From the human T2T-CHM13v2.0 reference genome, Homo sapiens, in NCBI RefSeq assembly GCF_009914755.1, contig NC_060928.1: a stretch of DNA of 64,000 nucleotides; one strand, written 5' to 3'. Under the pieces are notes generated by a model, which saw only the letters and a list, made by a program, of their open reading frames with translations, was not told where the DNA came from and did not search any database. Below are positions 1-12,960 of the stretch, in pieces. Positions within the stretch are counted from its first letter, which is position 1; every line of letters begins with the position of its first letter. The position numbers were made by a program, and so were the translations under genes.

Positions 1-689
1 GCAGATTTGTTTTACACAATCAGTCTGCAGGGAGAACCTCTGAGAACAGACATGATCATCTCCAGAGACTTTTAAGTTACTCACAGCCAAGTGGAACATA
101 AGGGCTTCTTATTCAGGAAAGGCACTTAACCATCTTCTAATATAATAAACAGACAGGGACATTTTAGCGTTTTACCAAAGAGAAGTAAGTAAACGTAACC
201 GTACCTAACTCTGTAATCTGAGCTGATCTGATGTGTACCATGTGACTGTAACATTGGAAGCTGCAAGGGGACCCTTGCAAAATGCGGGTAATGAGAGTCA
301 CCTCTGAATGAATGAGCAAGTCTGGGGAAGCAAACCCAAGCACTGAAACGTTTAGTGAATGGAAAGGGCCTATGCATGCCCTTCACAAAGTTAGAATTGT
401 GGACTAAAATTAGAGTTGAATAGAGTAAACCTAAGCTTTGGAAGATTTTTGATATTGTGACTTTTTTTGTGTGTGCTACAAAAGCAGCAGTAAGAGCAAT
501 AAAAAAACCATTTCCCTTCTCTGTAGAATCACACCATATTAAGAACATATAAAAACTATGCTATCAAATTAAAGTGTAAAACTAAGCAACTGGGATTTAG
601 AAATATCATCCAGGAGTTTGAATTTTTAACTAGAAATTAGCTCTAAAGAAGTAAACTGTAAATGAGACAACTGGTATTGAAAAGTCTTT

Positions 690-850
690 TCAGGGAGTCA
701 GAAGAATTTAACCCTAGTTCCATCTCTATTAAATAGTTTGTTTTGTGATTTTTGTCACTCCACTTAATCTTTTTAGGTCCAGGTTTCCTTATCTACAAAA
801 TGAGGGCATTAGACCCCGTGCCTTCCAGCTTCAGTATTTCTCTGATTTTG
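690..850 (+). mobile_element. MIR-family SINE fragment
   Basis: cacttaatct...ggtttccttatctacaaaatgaggg...ccttccagct resembles the MIR core; degenerate. Confidence 0.6.
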
Positions 851-2344
851 GAAATTTTAGATCAGGCAGATATTGGTTCAAATTTAGAGAATCTGACATA
901 AAAACTTTTGTAGGAGAATAGGGTAGGAAGATTGGCCTAAATTATTCAGAAATCTGCCTTACTATTATACATCATTTTAAACCCATGAAGAGTAAGAAAT
1001 TGTTATGAATTATTTAACAAAACAAATTTGTATTTAAAATAATTTTGCTGAGTACTGGTGTAAACAGGCTATCTGCTAAATAGGGGATAATGACAAATAC
1101 TCTGCATTTTTACAGATATTGAAAGGTGGAAATGTTCTCTCCAACACACTAAAGAGTAATCAAAGGAACTGATCCTAAAACTATGTGTTGTACAAGCAAA
1201 GGTAAGGGGTCAGCGCTGTCGTTTCTGCAGTGTCTCAGTCTCATCACAGAAGTGAGGATTTATGGTGAAAAGGAGTTTAAAGTTTCCATTGTAAAGAATG
1301 TTCCTTCAAAGATAATTGAAACGAAATTTTACAAGTGAAAAGGAGGAAATAAAAGCAGAAATGTGATTCTTGAAAGTATAGTTGAAATGTCCCAGTTATT
1401 AACCTCTCTGATACTCACTGTTAGTGATTCATGTCATCTCTCAACCGCCACTTTAATAATTGCTTTATTAGTGCACACTGGAAAGATTCATATTAAGTGA
1501 TTTTTCCACAAGGGCTTCTCTTTCTCCTCTTTAGTGAACTGGACTGTAAATATGTGAATATGGTAGCTGTTTTGCTAGCCTTTTGTTTTTTTCTGAAACT
1601 CAGCGAATAAAGTTGAACTTTGGACATTTCCTTATGTATTTTTCTTCAGCATATGAAAAACTTCCTGGCACAGTTTTCTGTCCGGGGACAATACATTTTC
1701 TCCACTCCTGATGGTTTTTTCCAGGTGAAGGGAGATCCACGGCTGTCGTAATCTTTGACTTTCTCCACTCCTGGTGGAATAACTTAGCTGATTGATTATA
1801 AGTTTGGAGAAATCTAGACGTTTCCTCTTCATTGTCTCTTAATAGTTAAGTTTGGACATAGAGGGCATATATTTATCTCTGTTCCTTCAAGTTTTACAGG
1901 GGCTGCCTGTGCTTGAATGAGTAAGTCTGTTTAAAACTGGGATTCAATTTTAGGAGGCCCACTTTCCTCCAGATTTAAGCCAATATCCTTCAACCTAAAT
2001 TTTGTCCGTAATCAAGGCAATAATCTGGCCTCATCTACCTTACTCTTTTGTCTTTTTTTTTTTTTTCACAGAACTGTGTTCTGTGGTTAAAAACACAGTT
2101 GCAGAAGATGGTGATTTTTAAAAAGTTGGACTCCCTGGTGTTATTGTAGTCCTTTATGAATAATAGGAAAATAGGAGCGATGAAAAAGTTTTACTTGATA
2201 TCAAATTGTAACATCATTATTGCTCTGCAGCAAACACAGAATTACATTCCAGGATTTAAGTATTAAATGATATGTTTTTAAGGTCTAAGAAAGGACATTT
2301 GCTTCCCGATTGATTGCATTAATATAAAGCAATTTAACACATGT

Positions 2345-2510
2345 TAACTACAGAGTCAGCCAGACTTGAGTTTAAGTCCTGACTATTACTAACTAGATGG
2401 TGTTGGAGACTTCGCTCAAACTGAACTTAAGTTTTTTCCAACAGCAAAATGGGGGAATAGAAATCAATTATTAATAAAAGGATGCCTATGAGGAGCGCCA
2501 TAAACAGTAC
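2345..2510 (+). mobile_element. MIR fragment
   Basis: agagtcagccagacttgagtttaagtcctgact...aaaatgggg matches the MIR pattern. Confidence 0.6.
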
Positions 2511-3038
2511 CCCAAACTCCCCCTCCCACATACGCTCCTTTTCATCACATAAATAGTGTAAAATATATTGACAAATGGCATGATCATACTTTGGCAAATA
2601 GTTTCTCATGAAAACATTTTTGGAAATGATTTCTAATAGAACAAATGTAAAAACAAAGATATTTATATGAAGGGTCTATTTACATAAAATAGAAATTTTT
2701 CTAAGTTAATTGAAGGAATTACCATACTTTTTTTTTTCGTAAAACTCATCAACATTAAAAACAAAAGTCATCTCCAAACTTAATTATTGCAGAAAAAAGT
2801 TGGTTGGAATAATGCTTTAAAGTGTACATCACTTTGATGTTCAAAGACTCCTGATTAGAGTGTCCTTTCTATAACCAATCTTGTTCCTTAAAACATCTTG
2901 AATGATTTGATCTCAGATCCCCTGAAGGGACTGCTGAGATCATCTGCACCAATCCTAAAAAAAAAAATCTTTCATGCCCAAACCCTTAGCAAAGCTAGTT
3001 TCTTGTGGGACTCTTAATCCCTCTTATCCTGCTTGACA

Positions 3039-3219
3039 CAGAGGTGCTCACCTGCTGTGCATCAGAAACACTATGGATACTTCTTGAAAGTGCCTGCAAC
3101 AGAGATACTGATGCATCTGTTGTGGGGTGGGCCCTAGGTATCAGTAATTTAAAAAGTTTTTTAAAATACGCCCCAGATAATTCTGATTGCTTGTAAATGG
3201 CAAAGGTTGAGAAGCACTG
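3039..3219. mobile_element. MER5-like hAT-Charlie MITE
   Basis: cagaggtgctcac...gcatcagaaacac...ccccagataattctgat...ggttgagaagcactg, with imperfect terminal inverted repeats. Confidence 0.7.
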
Positions 3220-5025
3220 CTGGAAGCTTTTGAGCTCCTGTTGGGTAAGTTCAAGCGACAGGAGAATCTCATAGTGATCATAAAACAGCACTCTGAATTC
3301 TTGGAGAAACCCAGACTCATCTTATGTGACTAATTTCCTTAATGTGTACCCCAAAACTATCCTAGCGCGTTCACAGGTACACCAGGTAATGCTATTCTGA
3401 TTGAGCACCCAAGAGTCTCATTTAGAACTAACATTTTTTTCTGTTATGTAAACAATAATGTAATCCTGACTCAATCCGATTCGTTTATTTTACTCTATCT
3501 GTCATGACTGCTGTTAACATTTTTTCCCAAAACTTGTCAGCAAAATGTTAAAGGGAAACTCAAACATTCCATAAACTTCCTTTGACTATTCACCAATTCC
3601 ATTCTTTTAATTACAGATGTGATTTGGTTTCTCTTATTCCCACCTGGTCTATTTTGCACTGGATAAAGATTGGTTGGGGTGGTGGAGGCGTATTTCAAGA
3701 TGTTCTCCAGAGCTGACCCACATCCCATAGGATTTAGGCCTACAAAGAATTCAGTGAAGCGTTAAAACAAGTAATACACTAGCACAGTTGGCGAGCTCAG
3801 GAGAGCTGCCCGGCAGTTCGGGATTGAGGGAAATGACAAGGATTTCTTTTTTCAGGGTGGGATGCGGTTGCCCTATTCTGCTGCTGAATGTGTTCCGAAA
3901 AAAAGCCCTTCTAGGTGGCGGTTTCTTCGGGGAGGTATGATTAACTGAGCAAGACTGTTCTCTGTTGTGGTTTTGGAAGAACAACTGGGTATGGCCACTG
4001 TATTTAAAGAGCACATTTGTTTGGCCTAAATACCAGTGTCTTTCTATAACCACACTCGAGTTTAGATCAGTAATTCATTTAATTTCTGATTTAAACTCAT
4101 GGCTTGACTTTGGAAAACTATGCCTGGGGAGAAGAAAATTACCAGAGCATTCACCATCTCCAAAACAGCTTTCGGCAATGGAGGACCGCTACTTGTTTAG
4201 CACATGACTTTGGAGAAACCACAAAGCTCGAAAATACTAATTTTTTTCATTAGAGTACCAGAAAAGTCAACCCAACAGTTTTAAACAGTGGTTTTTATAT
4301 ACTATTAAAAGCTCTATAATAAGCAACTTTGGGAATCAGGATGAAAGCTAATTATAGAACTTCTTTGCCATGGCTGTTTCTATTTACATCTTCAAAACCA
4401 CAGAAGCAAATAATGTAGGCTTTCCTAATACGTCAGCATCTTCTTGATTTCTGAGTTCTTTGAAGCTGCCCTAAATCTTTCCCTTGAAAACACATTGTGG
4501 TTGAATATTCCCAGTTCAAGGACAATTTCAGATTAGAGTTTTTAGTCCAAGTATACTATTCTTTCCTTGAAATACTGAATCTCAGGACTCAGACAAAACA
4601 TCAAAATTGTTACTCAACATGGTGCATGTTATCCAGTCCCTTTTGTGTGGGTTTAATTTTTTGTGTGTTTGCTTACTTCATCAGTAGCAGCAAAACACAG
4701 AAGAAACATTAGTCAAGAGCATGATGTATCTGCTATGTCCTGATCTTTTCCACCACCAAAAGGCAGGTGTAACTTATGAGTTGATTTTTAAGAAAAAGAA
4801 AATGTTGAAAGTGAAAGAAACTGTTTAGAGCAAACATTTCAGGATATTGCCCTGTCTAGCTGGATTGAATGTTTCAGCTTCAGTCTTACTCCCAAAGCTT
4901 TGTAGCCAATTTACACTGTGGCAATTGACTCAGTTGGCCTGGAGAGCTATTATGAAAGCAATTCTCTCCAGTGCCCAGCCTTGCAGACACACCCAATTGA
5001 CCCCGAATTAATCAGTACCCACCTA

Positions 5026-5207
5026 AACCACAGTTCTCAGTCCTGGCTGCACATCAGAATCGCCTGGGGAGCTTTTTAACAATCCCCATGCCAAGTAATT
5101 AAATCAGACCCATTAAATGACAGTCTCTGGGGGTGTGGCCCAGTCATCAGCAGCTTTTACAGTTTCCCAGGTGATTACTGTGGGCAGGCGCGGCTGTAAA
5201 ACTGCAG
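5026..5207. mobile_element. MER5A-like hAT-Charlie MITE
   Basis: gttctcagtcctggctgcacatcagaatcgcctggggagctttt...ttcccaggtgatt. Confidence 0.75.
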
Positions 5208-5589
5208 CTGTATCGAGAGCACATCAGTGAGGTTCCAATTCCTTGGGTATTTCCATTCTTCCTTTTACATGGTGTGGGGTAAGAGGCTGCCTCGGACTCC
5301 CAGAACAGTTCCCCATTTTTAAAATGTCCCTGAATTGGGCAAACAAACAGCCTAATAGAAAATAAGCAAAAGATAAAACATACACGTCCATCATAGATTT
5401 ATGGTCTCCTAATTTCAATCTCGAAAGTAATCAGCATTTTTCTAAAAGGAAAATCTGTATGTACCCATTATTTTGTAGCAATGAGTATAAAGTATTTAAT
5501 ATCCAATGCCTTTGGGACTGAGGGAAAAGAGATAGTCTTGCATCTTCTGCAGGCGTGAAAATACTACTACTGGTACTACTGAAGTCGCT

Positions 5590-5800
5590 AATATTTAATA
5601 AGCCAGGGCAAGGAGCCAGGACTTGCTCTAGGAACTCCATATATAGTAACTCATTTGATCCTCACAGCAATCAAGTGAGGTCAATATCATGATTATCCCC
5701 ATTTTCAGCAGGGAGATAGAGGTGCTCCTGAGGTCACACATCTCACGAGGTGAGGGAGAGGGATGCTGAGTCGGGCAGTCTAGGTCCGGAGTCTGTATAC
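5590..5800 (-). mobile_element. MIR (MIRb-like)
   Basis: tcatttgatcctcacagcaa...attatccccattttcagcagggagatagagg...gaggtcacac. Confidence 0.7.
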
Positions 5801-6679
5801 CTGGGGACTCATAAAATGGTAGGGAAATTGAATAATCTTTGCCCATAGCCTTACATAGGCCCCAAGATAGCAAAAGTCCTCTTTTAGGAAATTATCTTAA
5901 GAAAATAACTAGATACATGTATAAGTATATTCATTAGAAATAAAATAAAATATTCAGGAAAATAATGATTCAAAAGTCCACACATAGGGGGTTGGTTAAG
6001 CGAAGCACATTACAGCATGTCATGGGGCCGTATGTTCCCATTTAGAAGCTGTGTTGTAAAGTGGTTCTTCTCAGCCCTTTTCACGTCATGAACCATAAAG
6101 TGAATGACAGTGTTTTTAATCACACTCTATGTTAACACTCAAGTTGGCTGGAAGTGACTGTTTTGGAAACTGGTGGCACAGCCCCCACTAGCTGCTGCAA
6201 GAGCTGACGGCATCAAAATCTTGGTGTGCCCATTCCTCGTCACCAAAGACCAGTCACAAAGTTCTCATGTATAGGAATATATTTTGCTGTAGGAGAGTGT
6301 TCCCTAGATTTTGCTAAGTTCAGAAAAGGCATACTATAAGGAAGCACCTTGAGTATATTCCAGGCTGTTAACTCCATCAGTACATATGGGCACAGATGGT
6401 CATACCAATGGTTAAAACATCAAATGACCTTCATATCATGGGTGCACAGCCAGTGCACCAAGAACCCCACCACCATCACCACTACCCACACACAGGGCTT
6501 CCCTGAAATCCAGCAGCCCTGGACCACCTCAAGGCAAAGCAACCACCAGGTAAAGCCTAACTTGGAGGGCTTGGTTTCAGTGGTGGGAATTACTGTTCTC
6601 CATCAGCCAACATGTGTTCTGATTGGTTGGGGCCTAAGCTTGGCAGGTGTTTAAATGTTTTGAATATTACATGTGTACA

Positions 6680-6990
6680 TGAAAAGAAGTTGATTCAGGG
6701 GTACACATATATGGTTTGATAGAAGAAATAAGACCCAATGTTAGCTAGATCAGTAGGGCTACTACAGTTTCCAGTAACCTATTGTCCATTTTGAAATAGG
6801 TAGAGAAGATTGGGAATGGTTCTAGCATAAAGAAAAAAACAAAGATTTAAGGTGATGGATATTTCAAGAACACTGATTTGATCTTTACTAACTATATGAT
6901 TATATTAAATTATCATGTGTACCCTCAAATTATGTACATCTATCATGCATTGATAAAAATGCATCAATAAAAAATACAAATTATTCTTAA
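6680..6990 (+). mobile_element. L1MA-type LINE-1 3' end
   Basis: gatagaagaaataagacc...tagatcagtaggg...aaggtgatggatat...tgtacatctat...aataaaaaa is a typical L1MA 3'UTR with A-rich tail. Confidence 0.8.
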
Positions 6991-7199
6991 AAAATCTAGG
7001 TGGAGAAGAGTTTCTGGAGGGATATATGTCACAGCATTATTGTTTATTCTTCTCTTTTCTGGATTTCCCACTCTTCAGCTTTGGGCAAGTGTATATTTAG
7101 AAAAAATAAAGACCAAAACATCATTTTTATTTGGAAGTAAACTTGCAATTATGGCTGAATCTGATTCCTTCAATCCTATTAACTTACAAAAGTATACTT

Positions 7200-7804
7200 C
7201 GTCTTTGTAAGCATCAGAAAGTTCCTCAGCTAGTGGAGGAAAGTTCCCACTGATTTGAACTAAGAATACTGGATGTCACAATGATGACCTAAAAATCAGA
7301 AGATCTTTTCCCCATTTTTTAGATACTACAAGAAATTCTCATATTCATGTTGAACGCTAGAGAGTGGAAGGGGCCCCAGGAATAAGTGAGATGGAGTTTC
7401 AAAGTCAAATCATTTTGATTTAAAAACAATTTTTAAAAATATGGTATATCTTCTACCTTTAGACTGTGGACCAAAGTCTCATGCAAGTGCATAAGTGGTC
7501 AGGGTTCTTTCTATGTGTTCCCATCAAAGGGCTCTTCCAGTCTCACATGGGTTTGTGCCGCTGTGGACCAGGGTCAGCGTGATTGCAGTCAGAGAAGGCA
7601 GCAACCTGTCCGAGTGGCGCAGGTCAGAGGCCCTCAAAGTGGCCCCCGATCAGCAGGGCTCCTGCTCTGCCTGGCGTAAGGAAATAATGGCATCTCCTCT
7701 GTGCCTCTCAGTCCCCCTTACAACTTCAATGTAATTGCAAAGGGCACCCTTTAGTATTGCTCTCAATCTGCACTTCTAAATTCACAAAAAAAGGTCTAGC
7801 TTTT
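7200..7804 (+). repeat. Left arm of inverted duplication
   Basis: Reverse complement of ~8811-9420; 7392-7440 is a perfect 49-bp reverse complement of 9177-9225. Confidence 0.95.
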
Positions 7805-7929
7805 CCTTAACAATTGTTTGGCTCAGAAGGCAGCCAAAAATGGTTCCATATAGATTTATACGTGATTATCTGCTAGGAATTCTTTCTCCCAGAAAATACT
7901 TCCATGTAGCCACCTGGCTGTAATGGGAA

Positions 7930-8410
7930 ATTGCATGTTCTTACCGAACCGCTCCACCCCATCTAACATGACCCAATCGTAATTCATTTTCCTTCTGCTC
8001 AAAGTAGGCTTATGAATGGACATATGACCCAAGCCAAGCCCATCAGAATCCTCCTGGGTTTCTCTGTGTGTTTTGGTTATATGTGCATGGGTACCTGCAA
8101 GTGTACGTGCCTGAGTGTGTGTGCTTTACAGGAACTCCAAGAATCAGTCCCCTTTTAGTTTGGGGAACTATCACATGTACAACTGGGGAGCTGGCGGTGG
8201 CCGTAAGGGCACATCTTTCATAAGGAGAAAGCTGCACTCCTGGACAAGAGACAGAAGCAGAGGTGAGAGATGGGGAGGTGCTCTTGTTGTTTTTAGGCCT
8301 GACTTTATCCTGCCCCTTCTAATTTTTAATCAACCTATTTCTTGGATTCTGTGAGGTATTTCAGTTTGTGTTTGTAACATTTAGAACCTGAAGAGTCATG
8401 ATTAATGCAT
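7930..8410 (+). mobile_element. Old MaLR LTR (MLT1J/K/L-like) remnant
   Basis: catatgacccaagccaagcccatcaga...gacagaagcagaggtgagagatgggg...ctgaagagtcatgattaatgca resembles old MLT1 LTRs. Confidence 0.45.
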
Positions 8411-8637
8411 TGTCTTCCCTATTTTACTTCTCAGCTTCCTTTTTGCCCCAGGATAATGCCCTAAGGGAATTAGATTCAACAAAGTCACTTGTTTTGAGAA
8501 GCAAGGAGCGAGCAGAGAGAATTTGAGGGAGGGAGAGGTGCCGCCAGGAAAGGTGGCCAAGAGCAGCATTAAGGTCCCCGAGGGACGGGGCCACGAGAAT
8601 AAGAGATGCCTGAGAGGAGTAGCAGGACAGAGAAAAC

Positions 8638-8755
8638 AGAGTGTGACTAGCTCAGCATCGTGCCAAAGGCCCTGCTGAGGTGCTGCCAGCAGGTGAAGAG
8701 TGTGACTAGCTCAGCCTCGTGCCCAAGGCCCTGCTGAGGTGCTGCTTGCAGGTGA
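8638..8755 (+). repeat. Tandem duplication, 2 x 59 bp
   Basis: agagtgtgactagctcagc[a/c]tcgtgcc[a/c]aaggccctgctgaggtgctgc...gcaggtga at 8638-8696 and 8697-8755. Confidence 0.95.
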
Positions 8756-8810
8756 GTTAGTGGTTAGTGGTTTTTCTGTCTTCACATGTTATTTAAAGAT
8801 CATGTTATTT

Positions 8811-9420
8811 AAAGCTAGACAATTTTGGGGAATGTGGAAGTGAAGGCTGATAACAATACTAAAGGGTGCCCTTTGTGGAGTTTTGAAGTTGTAAGGGGGT
8901 ACTGGGAGGCACGAAGGAGATGCCATTATTTCCTTATGCCAGGCAGAGCAGAAGCCCTGCTGATCGGGGCCACTTTGAGGGCCTCTGACCTGCGCCACTC
9001 AGACAGGCTGCTGCCTTCTCTGACTGCAATCACACTGACCCTGGTCCACAGCAGCAACAACTCCCTGGAGGCTGGAAGAATCCTTTGATGGGAACATATG
9101 GGGAGAACCCACAGGTGCATAGCTACGCACTTGAATGAGACTTTGGTCCACAACCTAACGGTAGAAGATACATCCCATTTTTAAAAATTGTTTTTAAATC
9201 AAAATGATTTGACTTTGAAACTCCAACTCAGTCATTTCTGGGTACCACTCTCTTTCTTTAGGTTCAGCATGAACATGAGAATTTCTTGTGGTACCTGGGA
9301 AATGGGGAAAGAATGCTCTTATCTTTTGGTTGTCATGGTGATATCCAGTATCCTCTTTATCCCTGAGAGTGGTACCTCTCATGCAGCTGCTTCGGCAACT
9401 TTCTTGGTGCTGGGAGACAC
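8811..9420 (-). repeat. Right arm of inverted duplication
   Basis: Reverse complement of ~7200-7804; ORF track gives near-identical peptides (LWTRVSVIAVREGS.LSEWRRSEALKVAP) on + at 7495 and on - at 8926-9153. Confidence 0.95.
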
Positions 9421-9528
9421 AGCGCCTAGAGTTTATGCTTCTGGTGGACCCCAGAGCCTTTCCCCTTTGAAGTCTTGTCACTTTTCTGAAGGCTTCCCTT
9501 AGGTTGAGGCACAGGTCACTGCTGTTGA

Positions 9529-9880
<352 letters not shown>

Positions 9881-10702
9881 CATCTCTCTTTCTGATTAGC
9901 ATCTCTGAATACCCCTATGCCCACTCCACTGGCTTCCCCTAGCAAAGCACCCTAAAAGAGCTCAGGCTTTTGGGACTCCAAATCCAGAAAAGGAATGTCT
10001 TTACCCTCTGCTTTCTACCTGGAACCCAAACTTTCCTTAAGGCAAGAGAGGACAATGAGACCCACCTGCTTGTCACGAGGAAAAAATTGTGCAAAGACAG
10101 CTAAAATACATTTCCTCTACAGTACATAGCCTTCACTGACTTTCAGTTGTGAGCTGCTTTTGAAAAACACAGGACAGAAATAATGAGTGCTCCATCCTTC
10201 TTGCCTTTACACCTACAATTCCTGCGTAAGCCCAGAGTTTCCGCCCAGCCCTTGGGAGACTGTCAGACTTTGCCTGGCGCTGAATCTCATGGTGAATTTG
10301 CTATGGTGCTGACCTTGCTCTTTGTCTTTTTATTCAAATATTTGCCACTGTGCAACACAATCATATATTGCATCTATGTAGTATTGATATTAAAGTGTTT
10401 AGCCAATTAGGTAGTTTGGTATTAGGTAATTCAAAAAGACTTCAAAATAATTCATTTATTAAACCGTATTCTTTTCTAGTGAACATATGCCTTAAGAATG
10501 CTTCCATTTCTCCTGTTGGTTTCAGGCAGGCATCATTATGCACAAGGTCCTGTGTTGTTTAGGTGGCTCAGAGGAAGAGTGGAAGTCAGGCATATTTCAG
10601 GAGTTTAAGTTAAAACCTGTCCCAGGGGAAAGAATGACAGAGTGGAACAGAAGCAAGCAGAAAGCTGTGTTCAGAGTCTCCAGGGTGCATGACAGAGGAC
10701 AC

Positions 10703-10790
10703 TGTGTGCACATGTGTGTGCATGCATGTGTATGTGTTTGTGTGCATTATCTCCATACACACACACATAAATATGTGTACATACATATAT
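10703..10790. repeat. Alternating purine/pyrimidine (TG)n/(CA)n tract
   Basis: gtgtgcacatgtgtgtgcatgcatgtgtatgtg...acacacacacata. Confidence 0.8.
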
Positions 10791-11316
10791 TCATAATCCC
10801 ATGACCATACTCATTTTTGGCCTTCTCTAGAATCATAAATATATGTACTTTCTCACATTTACATTTGAATGAGTGTATTGAATGAATGGTATCCAAGGAT
10901 ATATTTGAACAAGCAAAGTGTTACCACAACATTGCACTAACTTGGAAGTTGTTTGTCAGAAAACTAAACTATCTGGAACACAGCTAAGAACTAAGAAGAA
11001 AACAAAACAGATGTCTCAGAACACTTGAGTCCTGGGCACTTTATTTAGAAAAGTGTCATTTTCGTGTGTTTCCCCTTATGTTACATACAGTTCAACTGAG
11101 CCAGGCCTTTTGATTTCTGTGATGAAAGGCCTTGAATTTTGGAGCCAGAAGGTCTTGGGCTTGAATTCAAGCAAATTAACTCTTCTGAGGTCCATTTTCT
11201 TAATCCATACAGCAGAAATAGTTACATCTGTGTATAAAGTTTTATTATGAGAATTAAAGAAGCTAAATATGAAAAGAATCTAGTGGAACCTGACATATAA
11301 AAAGTGTTCTTTAACA

Positions 11317-11614
11317 GGCCAGGAAGGGTAACTCATGCCTGTAATCCCAGCACTTTGGGAGGCCGAGGCAGGTGGATCACGAGGTCAGGAGATCGAGACC
11401 ATCCTGGCTAACATCCTGGTGAAACCCTGTCTCAACTAAAAATACAAAAAAAAAGTAGCCAGGCGTGGTGGCGGGCGCCTGTATTCCAGCTACTCAGGAG
11501 GCTGAGGCAGGAGAATGGCGTGAACCGGGAGGCAGAGCTTGCAGTGAGCCGCTCGTGCCACTGCACTCCAGCCTGGGCGACAGTGAAAGACTCCATCTCA
11601 AAAAAAAAAAAAAG
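11317..11614 (+). mobile_element. AluY
   Basis: gagatcgagaccatcctggctaac, gaatggcgtgaacc, gagcttgcagtgag diagnostics; TSD aaagtgttctt[t/c]aaca at 11301-11316 and 11615-11630. Confidence 0.92.
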
Positions 11615-12052
11615 AAAGTGTTCTTCAACAATAATTTGTTTCTTTCCCCTTCTTTTCCCAGCTTATGGAAAATTGGAAGCAGGAGAAGAGAAGGAGGATT
11701 CAAAGATGGACAGACCAACGACAGTCAGAAAGAACACTCCAGCCTAATAGCCTAACCCTAAGAGATCTCAGGATGAGACTAATGAGAAAGACCCAGGTCC
11801 TCACTGGCATCTGAGGCCATGACTGGGTCCCAGTAACCAAGAAAAGGTGGAGCCATGCTCAGCTGGTTTCTCAGAAGTGGTGAGGCATGGCAGAAACTTC
11901 AGCACTGCTCCTCCCCAAAATAAATAAGGTAAAAAGAAAACATTGGGGGCAGCAAATGAAACTTTGCTCAGCATAGAGGACAGCTGAGGTGTTCACATGG
12001 CAAGAAGTGGATCTATCTGGGGGGCTAGCTAGAGCTAAACCACTTCCAGGAG

Positions 12053-12275
12053 CAGGAGTCCACAAGCTTTTTCAGTAAAGGTCAGATAGGAAGGATTTCA
12101 GGCTTTGTGAGCCACATCACGTCCCTGTCACCTATTCTTCTTGTGGCCACGTGTCTTCTTGCTTGCTTGTTTCTTTTGCCACTCTTAAACATGCAAGAAA
12201 GCATTGTTAACTCACATGCTGTCCAAAAGCAAGCTATGCACTGGATTTGGCCCGTATGTCATGGTTTGATAACAT
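12053..12275. mobile_element. MER58-like hAT-Charlie element
   Basis: caggagtccacaagctttttcagtaaaggtcagatagg...caggctttgtgagcca...ctggatttggccc. Confidence 0.7.
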
Positions 12276-12595
12276 CACCTACAGTGTATTACACAAGATG
12301 ACAGCATCGAGTGCCTTTTCACATGTGTTCCATGAATAAATGGGTAAGGTGCATATGTCCTGTTTAAGTCATCCCACTAGTAACAAAATTATCCTCCTTG
12401 TCATTTTGGATAAATGCATTCATTGGCGTTTACTCATGTAGATTTGCCTTTGCTTATCAACTAGAATTTTAATCAGCCAAAAAAAAGAAACATTGGCACT
12501 CACATACATGTCTGAGAGAACAGTAAAAGTCCATCACATAATAAGAGGTAGCATTTATTGTGAAGTTACTGTGTACCGGGCACTGTATATATACT

Positions 12596-12960
12596 TGTTA
12601 GGGGCTGACTTGTGTCCCCCTAAATTCATATGTGAAAGCCCTAACCCCTAACGTGACTGTTTGGACACGGGCTTTAAAGAGGTCATCGAGGTTGAATGAG
12701 GTCTTAATGGTAAGGCCTTGATTCAATAGGACCAGTAAGAAGAAGGGACATGAGGAGTGTGCACACACGGAGGAAAGGCCATGTGAGGACACGGCGAGAG
12801 GGTGGCCGTCTGCGAGCCAGGAAGAAAGATCGCACCAGAAGCCAACCCTACCAGCATCTTGACCTTGGGCTTTCAGCCTCCAGAACTGTGACAAAATAAA
12901 TGCATGCTATTTCAGTCACTCAGTCTGTGGTTGTTACCGTAGCACAAGTGGACTAACACA
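12596..12960 (+). mobile_element. MLT1A-like MaLR solo LTR, inserted in a MIR
   Basis: TG...CA ends; tgtgtccccctaaattcatatgtgaaagccctaacccc...cagcctccagaactgtgacaaaataaa...gactaacaca; MIR-like sequence on both flanks (12550-12595, 12961-13130). Confidence 0.85.

Noticed and set aside
126-548. 140-aa minus-strand ORF
   Set aside because: No recognisable domain; hydrophobic/aromatic composition typical of random AT-rich DNA
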